Origin: Scyliorhinus canicula
Taxonomy: Eukaryota
Length of the DNA: 64,000 bases
Assembly: GCF_902713615.1 (NCBI RefSeq)
Contig: NC_052147.1
Span: 124,378,435 to 124,442,434, forward strand
Reading direction: 5' to 3'
Shown here: positions 37,901 to 50,848 of the stretch, one piece after another
Position numbering within the stretch: position 1 is the first letter of the stretch
Layout: every line of letters begins with the position of its first letter
Position numbers and translations under genes: made by a program
Notes under the pieces: generated by a model
Told to the model about the DNA's origin: nothing
The model's input: the letters and a program-made list of their open reading frames with translations, nothing else
Databases searched by the model: none

Positions 37901-40401
37901 CTCTGACCACTGCCTTCAGTGCTTCCCAGACCACCGCTGCTGAAACTTCCCCGTGTCGTTGACCTTCAGATAGTTCTGAATACATTTCCTCAGCCGCTCG
38001 CACACCCCTTTGTCAGCCAAAAGTCCCACATCTAACCTCCAGTGCGGGCTCTGGTTACTGTCTTTACTAACCTGCAGGTCAACCCAGTGCAGAGCATGGT
38101 CTGAGATTGTGATCGCCGAGTACCCGTGTCCAACACCACTGCCAGTAAGGCCCTGCTCAAAATAAAGAAATCAATCTGGGAGTACACTTTATGCACGTGT
38201 GAGTAGATGGAGAACTCCATCACCCTCGGCTGCCCAAATCTCCATGGATCCACCTCCCCCATCAGCTCCATGAACCCTTTTAGTTCCTTTGCCATTGCTG
38301 GCATCCTGCCTGCTTTCGAGCTTGACCGGTCCAAGCCAGGGTCAATAACTGTGTTGAAGTCCCCTCGCATGACCTACCTGTGTGAGTCCAGGTCCGGTAT
38401 CTTCCCCAGCATCCTCTTTATAAACTCCACATCATCCCAATTTGGCGCATACACATTTACTAATACCACCTGCACCCCCTCCAGTTTCCCACTGATCATA
38501 ATGTACCAACCTCCCACTCCGAGACTCTTCTATGCGCCTCAAACACCACTCGCTTATTGATCAGGAACACGACCCCACTAGTATTTGAGTCTAGTCCCGA
38601 GTGAAAGACCTGACTGACCCAGCCTTTACTCAATCTAATCTGGTCAGTTACTCTAAGGTGCGTCTTCTGCAATGTTACCATGTCCGCCTTCAGTCCCCTA
38701 AGATGCGCGAACACACGTGTCCTCTTGACCGGCCCATTAACCCTTGAACACTCCAGGTGATCAGCCTAGTTGGAGGCTCATTGCCCCCCCCCCCCCCCCC
38801 CCCCCGCCCCCCCCCCCCCCCCCACCCTTCGCTGATCAGCCATCAGCGATTAGGCCCGCCTCCAGCCCGTGCTCCGCGCCTCCACCGGCCCGCCCCCAGG
38901 CAGCCTCCACCCTCAACCTCCTCTCTGTCCCTTAGCCCAAGTCCTTCCCTCGTCAGCAGAACATTTACCCCCCCTCCCCCCCTGGTAACAACACTCTGTA
39001 ACCCAACCCCTTTTAATAAACCAAACATATGCACATCTCCCACTGCGCTTTCGTGAGCCAGCTAGCTTGGTGGCCCCCATCCCTGGCACCGGATATTCTC
39101 CCACCTATTCCTCCCCCCCCCCCCCCCCCCGCTCATTCAAACATACTCCAACATCAAACAATCCCCACACAACTGCCCGACAGAAAAACACCAAGATCTA
39201 AACAAGCACATCTCCATCCCCCAACAGTGCAAATGTAAACCTTAACTCACTCAGCTCTGCAGCTGGTCCCAAATCAATGCAAAAGACATTACAAACAGCT
39301 TCCACAAAACGAAAAACGAGAAACTTTTTTTAAAAAGAACAGAGAAACAAGGAAAAAACATGAACGTTGCAGCAAAGAAGTCTACCACCACCCCTTTCCT
39401 TTTCGCGAAGTCCAGCGCATCCTCAGGTGACTCGAAATAAAAGTGCTGTTCCTCGTGCGTGACCGAGAGACGGGCCAGATACAACAGTCCGAACTTCACC
39501 TTTTTCTTAAAAAGAATTGACCTAATCTGGTTGAAGCCTGCTCTTCTCCTGGCCACCTACAAACTCAGGTCTTGGTAATCCCGCAGGATACTATTGTCCC
39601 ACTTACAGCTCTGTGTCTGCTTGGCCCACTGTAGATTGCGCTCCTTATCCAAGTACCTGTGGAATCTCACCACCATTGCCCTCGGGGGGGGGGGGGGGGC
39701 GGGGGGGCAGTTTCCCATCCGCGGCTTCCTCACGAGTGCTCTGTGAGCCCTGTCCGCCTCCAAGGGCCGGGAGAATGCCCCATCCCCCAGCAGCTTCTCA
39801 AACATTTCTGCGTCCGCTCCTTCGGACCCCTCCGGGAGCCCATCGATTCTCAAGTTCTGCCGGTGGGACCTAGTCTCTAGGTCCTCCACCTTCTCCAGAA
39901 GCTTCTTCTGCTGGTCCCACAGCATCCCCATCTCCAACTCCACTCCAGTTTGATGTTTCTCCTGCTCAGCCAACGCCTTCTCTACCTTCTGGATCACTCA
40001 ATCTTGGCCGTCCAATGTAAGCTCCAGCCGCTCAATTGACTCTTTTATTGCGCCCAAGCAGTCCCGTTTCTGCTTCGCAAAGCCTTCCTGAATAACTTTC
40101 ATCAGCTGCTCCATTGACCGCTGGATCGACAAACCAGAGGTCCGGTCCTCCGCCATGCTGTCTCCTGCTGCAGCTTGAGCCCAAGCCTTCTCTGTCTTTC
40201 TGTTTCTGCCTTTACGAGCATTTCTAGTCCTTCTCTCCATGCACGATGTGGGAATTCTGTACACAATTGTCTCTGTCATCAGTTTTACAATTCAAGTCTG
40301 GTAGAAAATCGGGGGAAAAGGTCCAAAAGTCCGACCCGACCCGACCCGAGCGGGAGCCACCAAATGTACGACTTACTCCTTCATAGCTGCCACTGGAAGT
40401 C
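34974..40401 (-). mobile_element. Full-length but mutated L1-clade LINE (ORF1 ~40250-39251; ORF2 EN-RT-CCHC ~38740-35141)
   Basis: ORF1 motifs EDLETRSHRQNLRIDGLPEG, HRA, PRAMVVRFH, YQDLS; ORF2 GDFNT, YRPISLLNVD, RQGCPLSPLLF, NHVHMFWACP; 5' GACTTCCAGTGGC; TSD cctcctcatctc(g/t)gtttt 34956-34973 / 40402-40419 at a TTTT/AA site. Confidence 0.94.
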
Positions 40402-40599
40402 CCTCCTCATCTCTGTTTTAAAGGATCGTCCCTTTCGTCTGAGATTGTGTCCCCTGGTTCTAGTTTTTCCTTTAAGTGTTTTTCCTTTAACCCTCTCTAC
40501 GTCCATTCTATCCAGGCCTCGCAGTATCTTGTAAGTTTCAATAAGATCCCCCCTCATGGGTCCAACGGGTACAGACCCAGAGTCCTCAACCATTCCTCA

Positions 40600-40918
40600 A
40601 CAGTGGCACGGTGTTTAGCACTGCTATCTCACAGCATCATGGATCTGGATTCAATTCTGACCTTGGGTGACTGAGTGTGCAGTTGCACTTTTTCTGTGTG
40701 TCTGCATGGCTTTTCTCCGGGTGCTCCGGTTTCCTCCCACAGTCCAAAGATGTGCAGGTCAGGTGAATTGGCCTGGGCAAATTGCCCCTCGTGTCCAAAG
40801 GTGAGGAGGTTAGGTGGGGTTACGGAGATAGGGCGGGGGAGTGGGCCTAGATAGGGTGCTCTTTCAGAGGGTCGATGCAGACTTGATGGGCTCCTTCTGC
40901 ACTATAGCAATTCTATGA
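40600..40918 (+). mobile_element. HE1-type V-SINE
   Basis: Head, V-domain and ttctatga tail. Confidence 0.85.
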
Positions 40919-42328
40919 TCAGAGAGCCTGAACTGTGAATTTAAAAAATGTTTTCTCTGGGGCTCAGGTGTTTCAGCAGTAGTAATAGCTGTCTGGGCTC
41001 TCAGCTAAGTCTCATTATGTATGCTTGGCTTAGATCCCCCCAGTCATATCTTAAGCTTCCCCAATGTGGGTGGGCCGAGCAGGGAATGTTCCCAATTCCC
41101 ATTACCCGCCTTGAGGATGAAAATCAGGCCATTAACTCGGTTTCTCCCCACAGGTACAGCCTGACTTGCTGAGTATTTCCAGCATGTTCTGTTTGTGTTT
41201 CAGATTTCCTGCATCCACAGTATTTTATTTTTATATTACATGAAATAGAACATACAGTGCAGAAGGAGGCCATTCGAGCCATCGAGTCTGCACCGACCCA
41301 CTTAAGCCAAATGGACTGAATTATCCAAGTCCTCCATTACAGGTGTCTGTGGCTGAAGCTTGTACTATTGACAAAATTCACTGCAGAATCTCACTGTACT
41401 TACTTTGATAGCACCTTATCAGCCCTGCACCATTTAGCAACAAGCAGGACAAGAACCAACATGTCATTGGAACACGATCATTTCCAAGTCACAGACATTC
41501 CTACTCATTTGAACAAATAGTGCTGTTCCTTCATTGTCACTAGGGCAAAACCTGGAATTCCCTAACTAACACCATTCTGAAAACATCTTTATAATAGTTT
41601 TCATGTCTTCCAAGAGGAGGCCCAGCACCACTTATGGATAACCAGAGGTGGGAAATAAATGTAGCTTTCTCAATATCACACCAATCCCGATAACACACGA
41701 GGAAATACTTTCAGAAAAGTAGTTCATTGTAAGTAAAGAATGGTAGGAACATTGCAATAACTTCATGGGATGTTATATCCCTGTTTCAAATGGGTTTTGA
41801 ATGATCCATTTGGATAAAACTTGAGCAAGATAACTCCTCTTACAATCACATATTCGTGCTTGGGGAAAACAGATAGTAAACCTAATTCTACATGCAGATT
41901 CATCGAAAATAAGAAACTTAGTCCCAAACACCTTGAGCATTACTCAGAGTCATCAAAAGTTTGAATCCCCACAATACTATATCACACTGCTTGAAGTTTG
42001 TTCTTTCTAATTCATTTAATTTATTTGAAAGACATTCCAATTGAACGACTGTTTATCTATAGCTTTGCTGTTATCATTACTTATTATATTTTCATTTTAA
42101 AGCAGGAACGTATATTTGAAATACTAAAGTTATTCCTAAATTGATAATCTGTAGAATGTTATATTGGATGGAAATCAAAACACTTAACAACTTTAAAAGT
42201 TGTTTTCAATTGATTCTCTTGTTGTTTCCTCACTCTGCAAGTATTTACAATGAAATCTCCATGCATTTCTTGCAGCCACCATCATCCAATGTGAGTAAAC
42301 TCGGATTCCGTAAAACCGAGACAATAGT

Positions 42329-42566
42329 GCTGCTGAAAAAAAGAGACATTGAAGCTTTTCATCTTGCACTTATCAGGACACCAATGTCTCTACCAGTCAA
42401 GAGTCTATCTGCCGACCAATCAGCATTCTCTTCTCATACAGTATAAATTGTTGCTTCCCCCTTTACACTGGTATTCTTGTGAAGTGTCCTCATGAGTGAA
42501 AGACAAAAGTGTTGAGATGTCTTTTTTTTCAGCAGCACATCATGTTCTGTACGACCAAATGACTAA
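42329..42566. mobile_element. Second-family Penelope-like insertion with inverted termini, CCAAT/TATA and degenerate hammerhead cores
   Basis: Inverted arms ~42327-42380 / 42485-42538; TSD gagacaatagt 42318-42328 / 42567-42577; CCAAT 42416, TATAAA 42442. Confidence 0.7.
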
Positions 42567-42719
42567 GAGACAATAGTCTATATTTTCCAATTGACACTTG
42601 TTTAACATTGGCATTAACCTTTTTATTTTAAAGGGTTCATATGCTGTTAAATGTGAAATCAAATGAAATACATAGATTGGAGCATTTCACTTCCTCATTA
42701 TACTCCAACCTGTAGCCTG

Positions 42720-43190
42720 AGTGAGAGAAGTCAATGAGGGAGTCAATGTGTGAGTAAGTCAATATACAAGAGTCAATATACGAGTGAGTGATTATATGAT
42801 TGAGCCAACATGCAAGAGAGTCACATACGAGAGAGTCAATGTGCTGGATTTTCCATTTCTGTTTCACCTCGCCGGCGGGATGCTCCGTTACGCCGGCTAG
42901 TCAATGGGGTTTCCCATTGTGGAATAGTCCCATGCCATCAGGAAACCCGCAGGCTGCCGACAAAACGAAGAATCCCAATGGCGGAGAATCCAGCCCAATA
43001 TACAAGAGTCAATATATGAGTGAGTCAATATAAGAGGGATTCAATAATATGAGGAAGTCAATACATGAGGAAGTCAATATATGAGAGAGTCAATATGAGT
43101 AAGTCAACAGACGAGAGAGTCAATATATGTGTCAATATATGAGAAAGTCAATATTTGAGGGATTCAATCTATGAGAGAGTCAATTATGAG
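42720..43190. repeat. ~16-bp minisatellite (GAGAGAGTCAATATAT-like) interrupted by a MITE
   Basis: Roughly 18-20 agtcaat-containing units. Confidence 0.85.
42841..42996. mobile_element. Short Harbinger-type MITE
   Basis: TIR GtGCTGGATTTTCC / GGAGAATCCAGCCC; 3-bp TSD AAT. Confidence 0.85.
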
Positions 43191-43849
43191 TGAACCACAA
43201 CATAAAACATGTAATTCCTCCAGCTTGCACCAAACAAGTTCTTATGAGTCAATCCAATCAATTCAATAGGTTTCATTAGGTCCGAAAATAGAGCACAGTT
43301 AATAGAAATAACATTCCACACATATTGGAATGTATGAATGAGATTAATTTTTATCAAGCCCACAGACCACCTTATATGTTACAATTAGAATAAAGAGTGC
43401 AGAATAAAACAGCATAAAAATGAAGCATTTGTTGTCTGCACTGATGATTTTCTCTGAGTCAATTCGTCTGATTCAAGCAATTATCTCATTCCTTTTTGAA
43501 AATACTCTGCTTTAATGATGGCTTATGGCAGATAAGTTCTCATTCCAACCACTCTGTGTGTGAAGGGTTTAAAAAAAATCATCTCCCTGTTAATTATTCG
43601 ACTGGCTCACCTTCGTTTCCATTGCTTTGTAAAGAAACATAATTCATCACGAGAGAACCTATCATAAACCTTAATGATTTTTTAGACCTCTCAATTGCCT
43701 CCCAACATTTTCAGCTCCAGTGAAAAATAAACTGGTCTCATTCAGTGGCTGTTAGTAGAGCTACTATGCCCTTCTATAACTTACAAAATTATACACAATA
43801 TTCCAGTTTTGGCCCAATTACAATCTTGTACAAATCAAGTTTACTTTCT

Positions 43850-44014
43850 TGCTTCTGCCGAGATCTTCCAACTGTTCACGTTGATGGGATCTTCCAGTCC
43901 CACTGACAGCGTACCCTTGCTGCAGGTTTTGTGGTGGCGTGGGGTGGATTCAATGGGAAATCCCAGTGGGACCAGAATATCCCGGGCCGGCCAACGGTGG
44001 GCCAGAGAATCTCG
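43850..44014. mobile_element. Short MITE, diverged
   Basis: caatgggaaatccc core and gagaatctcg end as in the other short MITEs. Confidence 0.55.
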
Positions 44015-44147
44015 TCTTCTGTATGTTTTGCCTCTAGACACAAAAGTGTGACTTCAATTTGCCTTCTTTGTTGCTTTATCTGTTGTTTCTTTAATGTTCT
44101 GTGTAGCTATACACCAGTACCCTCTGCTCTATAATCCATTTTAAAGC

Positions 44148-44678
44148 TTTCCCGCAATGGGCCGAAGTCCCGCCGCTGACAGGCCTCTCCCGCCGGCGTG
44201 GATTAAATCACCTACCTGACCGACGGGATTGGCGGTGTGAGCGGGCTCCGGGGTCCTGGGGGAGGGCGCGGGGTGATCTGACCCCGGGGGATGCCCCCAC
44301 GGTGGCCTGGCCCGCGATGGGGGCCCACCAATCGGCGGGCAGGGGCACTCTTTCTTCCCGCTTCGCCATGGTCTTCACCATGGCGGAGGCGGAAGAGACC
44401 ACCTCCCCTGCGTATGCGCCGGTATGACGTCAGCAGTCGCTGACGCTCCGGCGCATGCGCGGACTTACGCCGGCGAAGTCCTTTCGGCCCCAGCTGACGT
44501 GGCGCCAAAGGCCGTTCACGCCAGCCGGCGGAGTGGGAACCACTCCGGCGCGGGCCTAGCCCCTCAATGTGAGGGCTTTGCCCCTAAAGGTGCGGTGGGC
44601 CGCCCGACGCCGGAGTAGTTCACGCCACTCCGACACGCCGGGACCCCCCGCCCCGCCGGGTAGGGGAGAATCCCGGCC
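44148..44678. mobile_element. GC-rich MITE (family of 16020-16520)
   Basis: Near-identical internal sequence; terminus GGAGAATCCCGGCC. Confidence 0.85.
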
Positions 44679-45145
44679 ATGATTTTTCAAGTAGTGCAAT
44701 ATGTCAGATGTAACAGCCTTTTCTCATTCATTCATGCCAAGTTTTAGAAAGAAAGAGCAAGTTGATTTCATCCTGAGGCAGATGTTTGCACAGATCCCCA
44801 ACATGCCTCCCAGTGCTATCATGCAATGTGCTTACTCAGAAGTCGTTGCCCACGCACTTAGGCTGCCACCCTATCAATGACCTGACTCAGTGGAATATTT
44901 TATTTTTGGTGTGTGGAATAGGTGGAAAGGGAAAGCCATAATTAAATGAGTGTATTTGTAAAACTGAAAACGTTCCATGGATAATAATCTAAATCTATAT
45001 CAGGCAGTGTTACATTACTATTAAATGAGAGCATGTTAACTTTTATGCCGACTGCACTGAAGGAATAATCAAAATATATTTCCGATAGTACTGCACTATC
45101 ATTAGTGAGATTATGCTACTTATATGGTAACTGCAATGGAGTGAT

Positions 45146-45472
45146 AGAATCATAGAATTTACAGTGCAAAAGGAGGCCATTCAGCCCATCATGTCTGCTC
45201 TGGCTCTTGGAAAGACACCCTACTTAAGCTCACACCTCCACCCTATCCACATAACCTAACCTTTTGGACACTAAGGGCAATTTAGTTCGGCCAATCTACC
45301 TAATCTGCACATTTTAGGACTGTGGGAGGAAACCAGAGCACTGGAAGGAAACTCACACAGACACGGGGAAAAAGTGCAAACTCCACACAGGCAGTCACCC
45401 GAGGCTGGAATTGAACCCAAGACCCTGGAGCTGTGAGGCAGCAGTGCTAACCACTGTGTCACCTGCCACCCT
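45146..45472 (-). mobile_element. HE1-type V-SINE
   Basis: Reverse-oriented head, V-domain and (TTCTATGA) tail. Confidence 0.85.
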
Positions 45473-46310
45473 AAATACATCTAAGTATTAATTATAGCCT
45501 TAAGCCCTGTACCATATTATAGTCTTAAAACAGAGAAACAGGAAACCAAATAGTATTGTTTTATTTTAATTTGGTGCAGTAGTGATGCTCTGCAATAATT
45601 TTTCCTTTGTGGGAGGGCGAGGATTAAGATTAGTAGGAAACATCAATAACTACAAAGAATTATGGCAGGAGTTCCTCACAATTATTCTTATTCACGTATG
45701 ACAAACATTGTCGAAGAGCTGTCAAGGTTTTCTCAGTGAAGTAACACTAAAAAGGAACTTGATTTCTTTTAAATTAATTTTTAATCTGGTGCAGGACTTC
45801 AATGAGACAGATGAAATCTATCACAAAGTCAATCTCTTTTTAACTTTACGTGTATTGTGAGTGATATTTTTAAATAATTCGTTCAGTGATATGGAGCAGG
45901 ATGTCACACTGATGACGAAGACGGAATAGTTACTTTAAAATAGGTAATGTGGGCACATAAGATTAACCAAGTTGACATTCCTGTTCTTACAAAATCAACT
46001 TTAATGCAAAAGAAAGATACCTTTAAAACAAATACATGGAAACAAACTCTGTGAGGGCTCACCTGGTTAGAGCATTAAGTAGCAGAGTTATAAAGATCAG
46101 CAAGGTAAGAAGTTCATTCCCTCATCTGCATTAAGTTAACTAATCTGGATGAGAGTCTACGGAAGGTTAAGAAACTCGGATTCCCATTTGTTGACCATTG
46201 ACCTTCACTGCATTGAGTGAGTGAACATTAAGTAAGGACTGGGCTGGATTCAGCTGTACACCCCTCCGCCAATAGTCTGTAGGCATTTTTTGTAAATGCT
46301 CAAACCACTA

Positions 46311-46522
46311 CTGGTTCAGCTCAGTGGGCTAGACAGTTGGTTTGTGATGCAGAACAAAGCCAGCAGTGCGGGTTCAATTCCCGTACCAGCTGAGAATTCT
46401 GAATTCTCCCTCTCTGTACCCGAACAGGCGCCGGAATGTGGCGACTAGGGGCTTTTCACAGTAACTTCATTGCAGTGTTAATGTAAAGCCTATTTGTGAC
46501 AAGAAAGATAATTTTATATTTA
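46311..46522 (+). mobile_element. tRNA-derived SINE variant (family of 15285)
   Basis: ggttcagctcagtggg...ggttcaattcc...gaacaggcgccggaatgtggcgactaggggcttttcacagtaac. Confidence 0.8.
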
Positions 46523-46908
46523 CTTGATGAGGACTTAGCTGAGATGATTAAAGACAACTATCTCCCATAGGACTATGAAGCATCAGAGTCAACTGAAGGT
46601 GGAAAACTGACAGTAAAAGTAAAAGATAAATCAATTTCCGGCTGATAATCTAGGAATATTAAGGGAATGAATCAAGAATAACATTGAGCACTTGGTAACT
46701 CCCATCATTTGCATATGTGCAGTTAAAGATGGGAATCAGGAAATTGAGCTCTGATTTTTTTTCTTTCCTGTTCCTCCACCGGAATCCTACACTGGTATCT
46801 GAGCAAGAGACTCTGCATTCAAACACATGAAAGGCATGAAACGGGTATTTTAAAAAAAAAAACACTCCATGATATAGGTGTCTTTGGCAAGGGTAGCAAG
46901 GGTCAAGG

Positions 46909-47310
46909 ATGTCTCGGAGCGGCTGCAGGACATTCTGGGGGGGGGAGGGTGAACAGCCAGCTGTCGTGGTGCACATAGGCACCAACGATATAGGTAAAAA
47001 ACGGGATGAGGCCCTACAAGCGGAATTCAGGGAGTTAGGAGTTAAACTAAAAAGTAGGACCTCAAAGGTAGTAATCTCAGGATTGCTACCAGTGCCACGA
47101 GCTAGTCAGAGTAGGAATGTCAGGATAGATAGGATGAATGCGTGGCTCGAGAGATGGTGCAAGAGGGAGGGATTCAAATTCCTGGGGCATTGGGACCGGT
47201 TCTGGGGGAGGTGGGACCAGTACAAACCGGACGGTCTGCACTTGGGCAGGACTGGAACCGATGTCCTAGGGGGGGTGTTTTCTAGAGCTGTTGGGGAGGG
47301 TTTAAACTAA
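46909..47310 (+). CDS. CR1 ORF1 C-terminal SGNH/GDSL esterase-like domain (partial)
   Basis: VVVHIGTND...DGLHL motifs. Confidence 0.85.
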   Translation: MSRSGCRTFWGGEGEQPAVVVHIGTNDIGKKRDEALQAEFRELGVKLKSRTSKVVISGLLPVPRASQSRNVRIDRMNAWLERWCKREGFKFLGHWDRFWGRWDQYKPDGLHLGRTGTDVLGGVFSRAVGEGLN

Positions 47311-50300
47311 TGTGGCAGGGGGATGGGAACCAATGCTGGAAGTTGGAAGGTAGTAAAACAGGGACTGAAACAAAAGGAAGTAAGGGGAAAAGTGCAAGGC
47401 AGAGAAGACATAGTCAGAAATCCATAAGGGCGACAGTACAAGGTACAGTGACTGAGGGGAGCACAGTGAATAGGCCCAGTAATAACAAAAGGAATAAAAC
47501 TGGAGATGTTAAGATTCAAAATAGAGGTAAAAAAACCAACATAAGTGTACTTTACCTGAATGCTCGTAGTATTCGGAATAAAGTAAATGAGTTGGTGGCA
47601 CAAATCATCGTAAATGACTATGATTTAGTGGCCATTACTGAAACATGGTTAAAGGATGGTCACGACTGGGATTTAAATATCCGAGGGTATCAAACTATTC
47701 GGAAGGACAGAGTGGATGGTAAGGGAGGTGGTGTTGCTCTGTTATTTAAGGATGACATCCGGGCAATAGTAAGGGATGATATCGGTGCTATGGAGGATAA
47801 GGTTGAATCCATTTGGGTGGAAATCAGGAATAGTAAGGCGAAAAAGTCACTGATAGGAGTCGTCTATCGGCCACCAAATAGTAACGAGATGGTGGGGCAG
47901 GCAATAAACAAAGAAATAACTGATGCATGTAGAAATGGTACAGCAGTTATCATGGGGGATTTTAATCTACATGTCGATTGGTTTAACCAGGTCGGTCAAG
48001 GCAACCGTGAGGAGGAGTTTATAGAATGTATCCGCGATAGTTTCCTAGAACAGTATGTAATGGAACCTACGAGGGAACAACCGGTCCTAGATCTTGTCCT
48101 GTGTAATGAGACAGGATTGATTCATGATCTCATAGTTAGGGATCCTCTCGGAAGGAGCGATCACAATATGGTGGAATTTAAAATACAGATGGAGGGTGAG
48201 AAAGTAAAATCAAATACTAGTGTTTTGTGTTTAAACAAAGGAGATTACAAGGGGATGAGAGAAGAACTAGCTAAGGTAGACTGGGAGCTAAGACTTTATG
48301 GTGGAACAGTTGAGGAACAGTGGAGAACCTTCCAAGCGATTTTTCACAGTGCTCAGCAAAGGTTTATACCAACAAAAAGGAAGGACGGAAGAAAGAGGGA
48401 AAATCGACCGTGGATATCTAAGGAAATAAGGGAGAGTATCAAATTGAAGGAAAAAGCATATAAAGTGGCAAAGATTGCTGGGAGATTAGAGGACTGGGAA
48501 ATCTTTAGGGGGCAACAGAAAGCTACTAAAAAAGCTATAAAGAAGAGTAAGACAGAGTATGAGAGTAAACTTGCTCAGAATATAAAAACAGACAGTAAAA
48601 GTTTTTACAAATATATAAGACAAAAAAGAGTGGCTAAGGTAAATATTGGTCCTTTAGAGGATGAGAAGGGAGTTTTAATAATGGGAAATGAGGAAATGGC
48701 TGAGGAACTGAACAGGTTTTTTGGGTCGGTCTTCACAGTGGAAGACACAAATAACATGCCAGCGACTGATAGAAATGAGGCTATGACAGGTGAGGACCTT
48801 GAGAGGATTGTTATCACTAAGGAGGGAGTGATGGGCAAGCTAATGGGGCTAAAGGTAGACAAGTCTCCTGGCCCTGATGGAATGCATCCCAGAGTGCTAA
48901 AAGAGATGGCTAGGGAAATTGCAGATGCACTAGTGATAATTTACCGAAATTCACTAGACTCTGGGGTGGTCCCGGTGGATTGGAAATTAGCAAACGTGAC
49001 GCCACTGTTTAAAAAAGGAGGTAGGCAGAAAGCAGGAAATTATAGGCCAGTGAGTTTAACTTCGGTAATAGGGAAGATGCTGGAATCTATCATCAAGGAA
49101 GAAATTGCGAGGCATCTGGATAGAAATTGTCCCATTGGGCAGACGCAGCATGGGTTCGTAAAAGGCAGGTCGTGCCTAACTAATTTAGTGGAATTTTTTT
49201 GAGGACATTACCAGTGCAGTAGATAACGGGGAGCCGATGGATGTGGTATATCTGGATTTCCAGAAAGCCTTTGACAAGGTGCCACACAAAAGGTTGCTGC
49301 ATTTGATAAAGATGCATGGCATTAAGGGTAAAGTAGTAGCATGGATAGAGGATTGGTTAATTAATAGAAAGCAAAGAGTTGGGATAAATGGGTGTTTCTC
49401 TGGTTGGCAATCAGTAGCTAGTGGTGTCCCTCAGGGATCCGTGTTGGGCCCACAATTGTTCACAATTTACATTGATGATTTGGAGTTGGGGACCAAGGGC
49501 AATGTGTCCAAGTTTGCAGATGACACTAAGATGAGTGGTAAAGCGAAAAGTGCAGAGGATACTGGAAGTCTGCAGAGGGATTTGGATAGGTTAAGTGAAT
49601 GGGCTCGGGTCTGGCAGATGGAATACAATGTTGACAAATGTGAGGTTATCCATTTTGGTAGGAATAACAGCAAACGGGATTATTATTTAAACGATAAAAT
49701 ATTAAAGCATGCCGCTGTTCAGAGAGACTTGGGTGTACTAGTGCATGAGTCACAGAAGGTTGGTTTACAAGTGCAACAGGTGATTAAGAAGGCAAATGGA
49801 ATTTTGTCCTTCATTGCTAGAGGGATGGAGTTTAAGACTAGGGAGGTTATGTTGCAATTGTATAAGGTGTTAGTGCGGCCACACCTGGAGTATTGTGTTC
49901 AGTTTTGGTCTCCTTACTTGAGAAAGGACGTACTGGCGCTGGAGGGTGTGCAGAGGAGATTCACTAGGTTAATCCCAGAGCTGAAGGGGTTGGATTATGA
50001 GGAGAGGTTGAGTAGACTGGGACTGTACTCGTTGGAATTTAGAAGGATGAGGGGGGATCTTATAGAAACATTTAAAATTATGAAGGGAATAGATAGGATA
50101 GATGCGGGCAGGTTGTTTCCACTGGCGGGTGACAGGAGAACTAGGGGGCATAGCCTCAAAATAAGGGGAAGTAGATTTAGGACTGAGTTTAGGAGGAACT
50201 TCTTCACCCAAAGGGTTGTGAATCTATGGAATTCCTTGCCCAGTGAAGCAGTTGAGGCTCCTTCATTACATGTTTTTAAGGTAAAGATAGATAGTTTTTT

Positions 50301-50352
50301 GAAGAATAAAGGGATTAAGGGTTATGGTGTTCGGGCCGGAAAGTGGAGCTGA
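47310..50352 (+). CDS. CR1 ORF2 endonuclease-reverse transcriptase, one frameshift in a T7 run (49194-49200)
   Basis: YLNARS, ITETWL, YRPP, MGDFN, SDHN; NYRPVSLTS, YLDFQKAFD, GVPQGSVLGP, FADD; deleting one T joins the 630-aa and 371-aa ORFs into 1013 aa. Confidence 0.93.
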
Positions 50353-50848
50353 GTCCACAAAAGATCAGCCATGATCTAATTGAATGGCGGAGCAGGCTCG
50401 AGGGGCCAGATGGCCTACTCCTGCTCCTAGTTCTTATGTTCTTATGTTCTTATGCCCATCCCTCGTGGGTGCGATTGTGTAGTTTGCTAGTTCATTTCAC
50501 TAGATACCCAGTAAGCATACCAGAAAAGCTAGGATTTGTCTGTTCAAATGTGAGTGAATTTAAACATGAGCTATGTCTTAACTATTGCAAAACAGCCACT
50601 GCCACTAAAAAATTACTTACAAGTCTGCAGTCAGACTCTTAGATACTCATTGTTGGTAGATTTTAAAAGGTTGATTTGTTTATTTTTCTATTTCTATCTC
50701 CTATCTCTCTCGAGCCCATCTTTCTTTCCCTCACTTTACTTCACTTTCTGTGCACGACTTTTACAGTAAATTAAATATTCTATCTTACTCTTCCTCGTTG
50801 AGACTCTGTGCCTCAGGAAAGGATGTTTCAATCTGATTGAAAAGTCAC

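Larger units (their letters stand above)
34515..40600 (-). mobile_element. CR1 3' fragment split by nested insertions (CR1 pieces 34515-34540, 34741-34973, 40402-40600)
   Basis: (CATAAGA)n tail; RGDLIETYKILRGLDRMD...TRGHNL in ORF 40381-40593; sequence resumes after the L1 TSD. Confidence 0.8.
46890..50454 (+). mobile_element. Young CR1 LINE, 5'-truncated within ORF1
   Basis: ORF1 esterase tail, ORF2 EN+RT, (TTCTTATG)3 tail at 50431-50454. Confidence 0.96.

Noticed and set aside
38783-38823. Long poly-C tracts (also ~51440-51476, ~58452-58474) as functional G-quadruplex elements
   Set aside because: They lie within TEs and homopolymer lengths are unreliable; no evidence of function.
49191-49203. 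T7 run as a programmed frameshift in CR1 ORF2
   Set aside because: CR1 ORF2 is normally one continuous frame, and the offset would need +1 rather than the usual -1 shift; a homopolymer indel is simpler.
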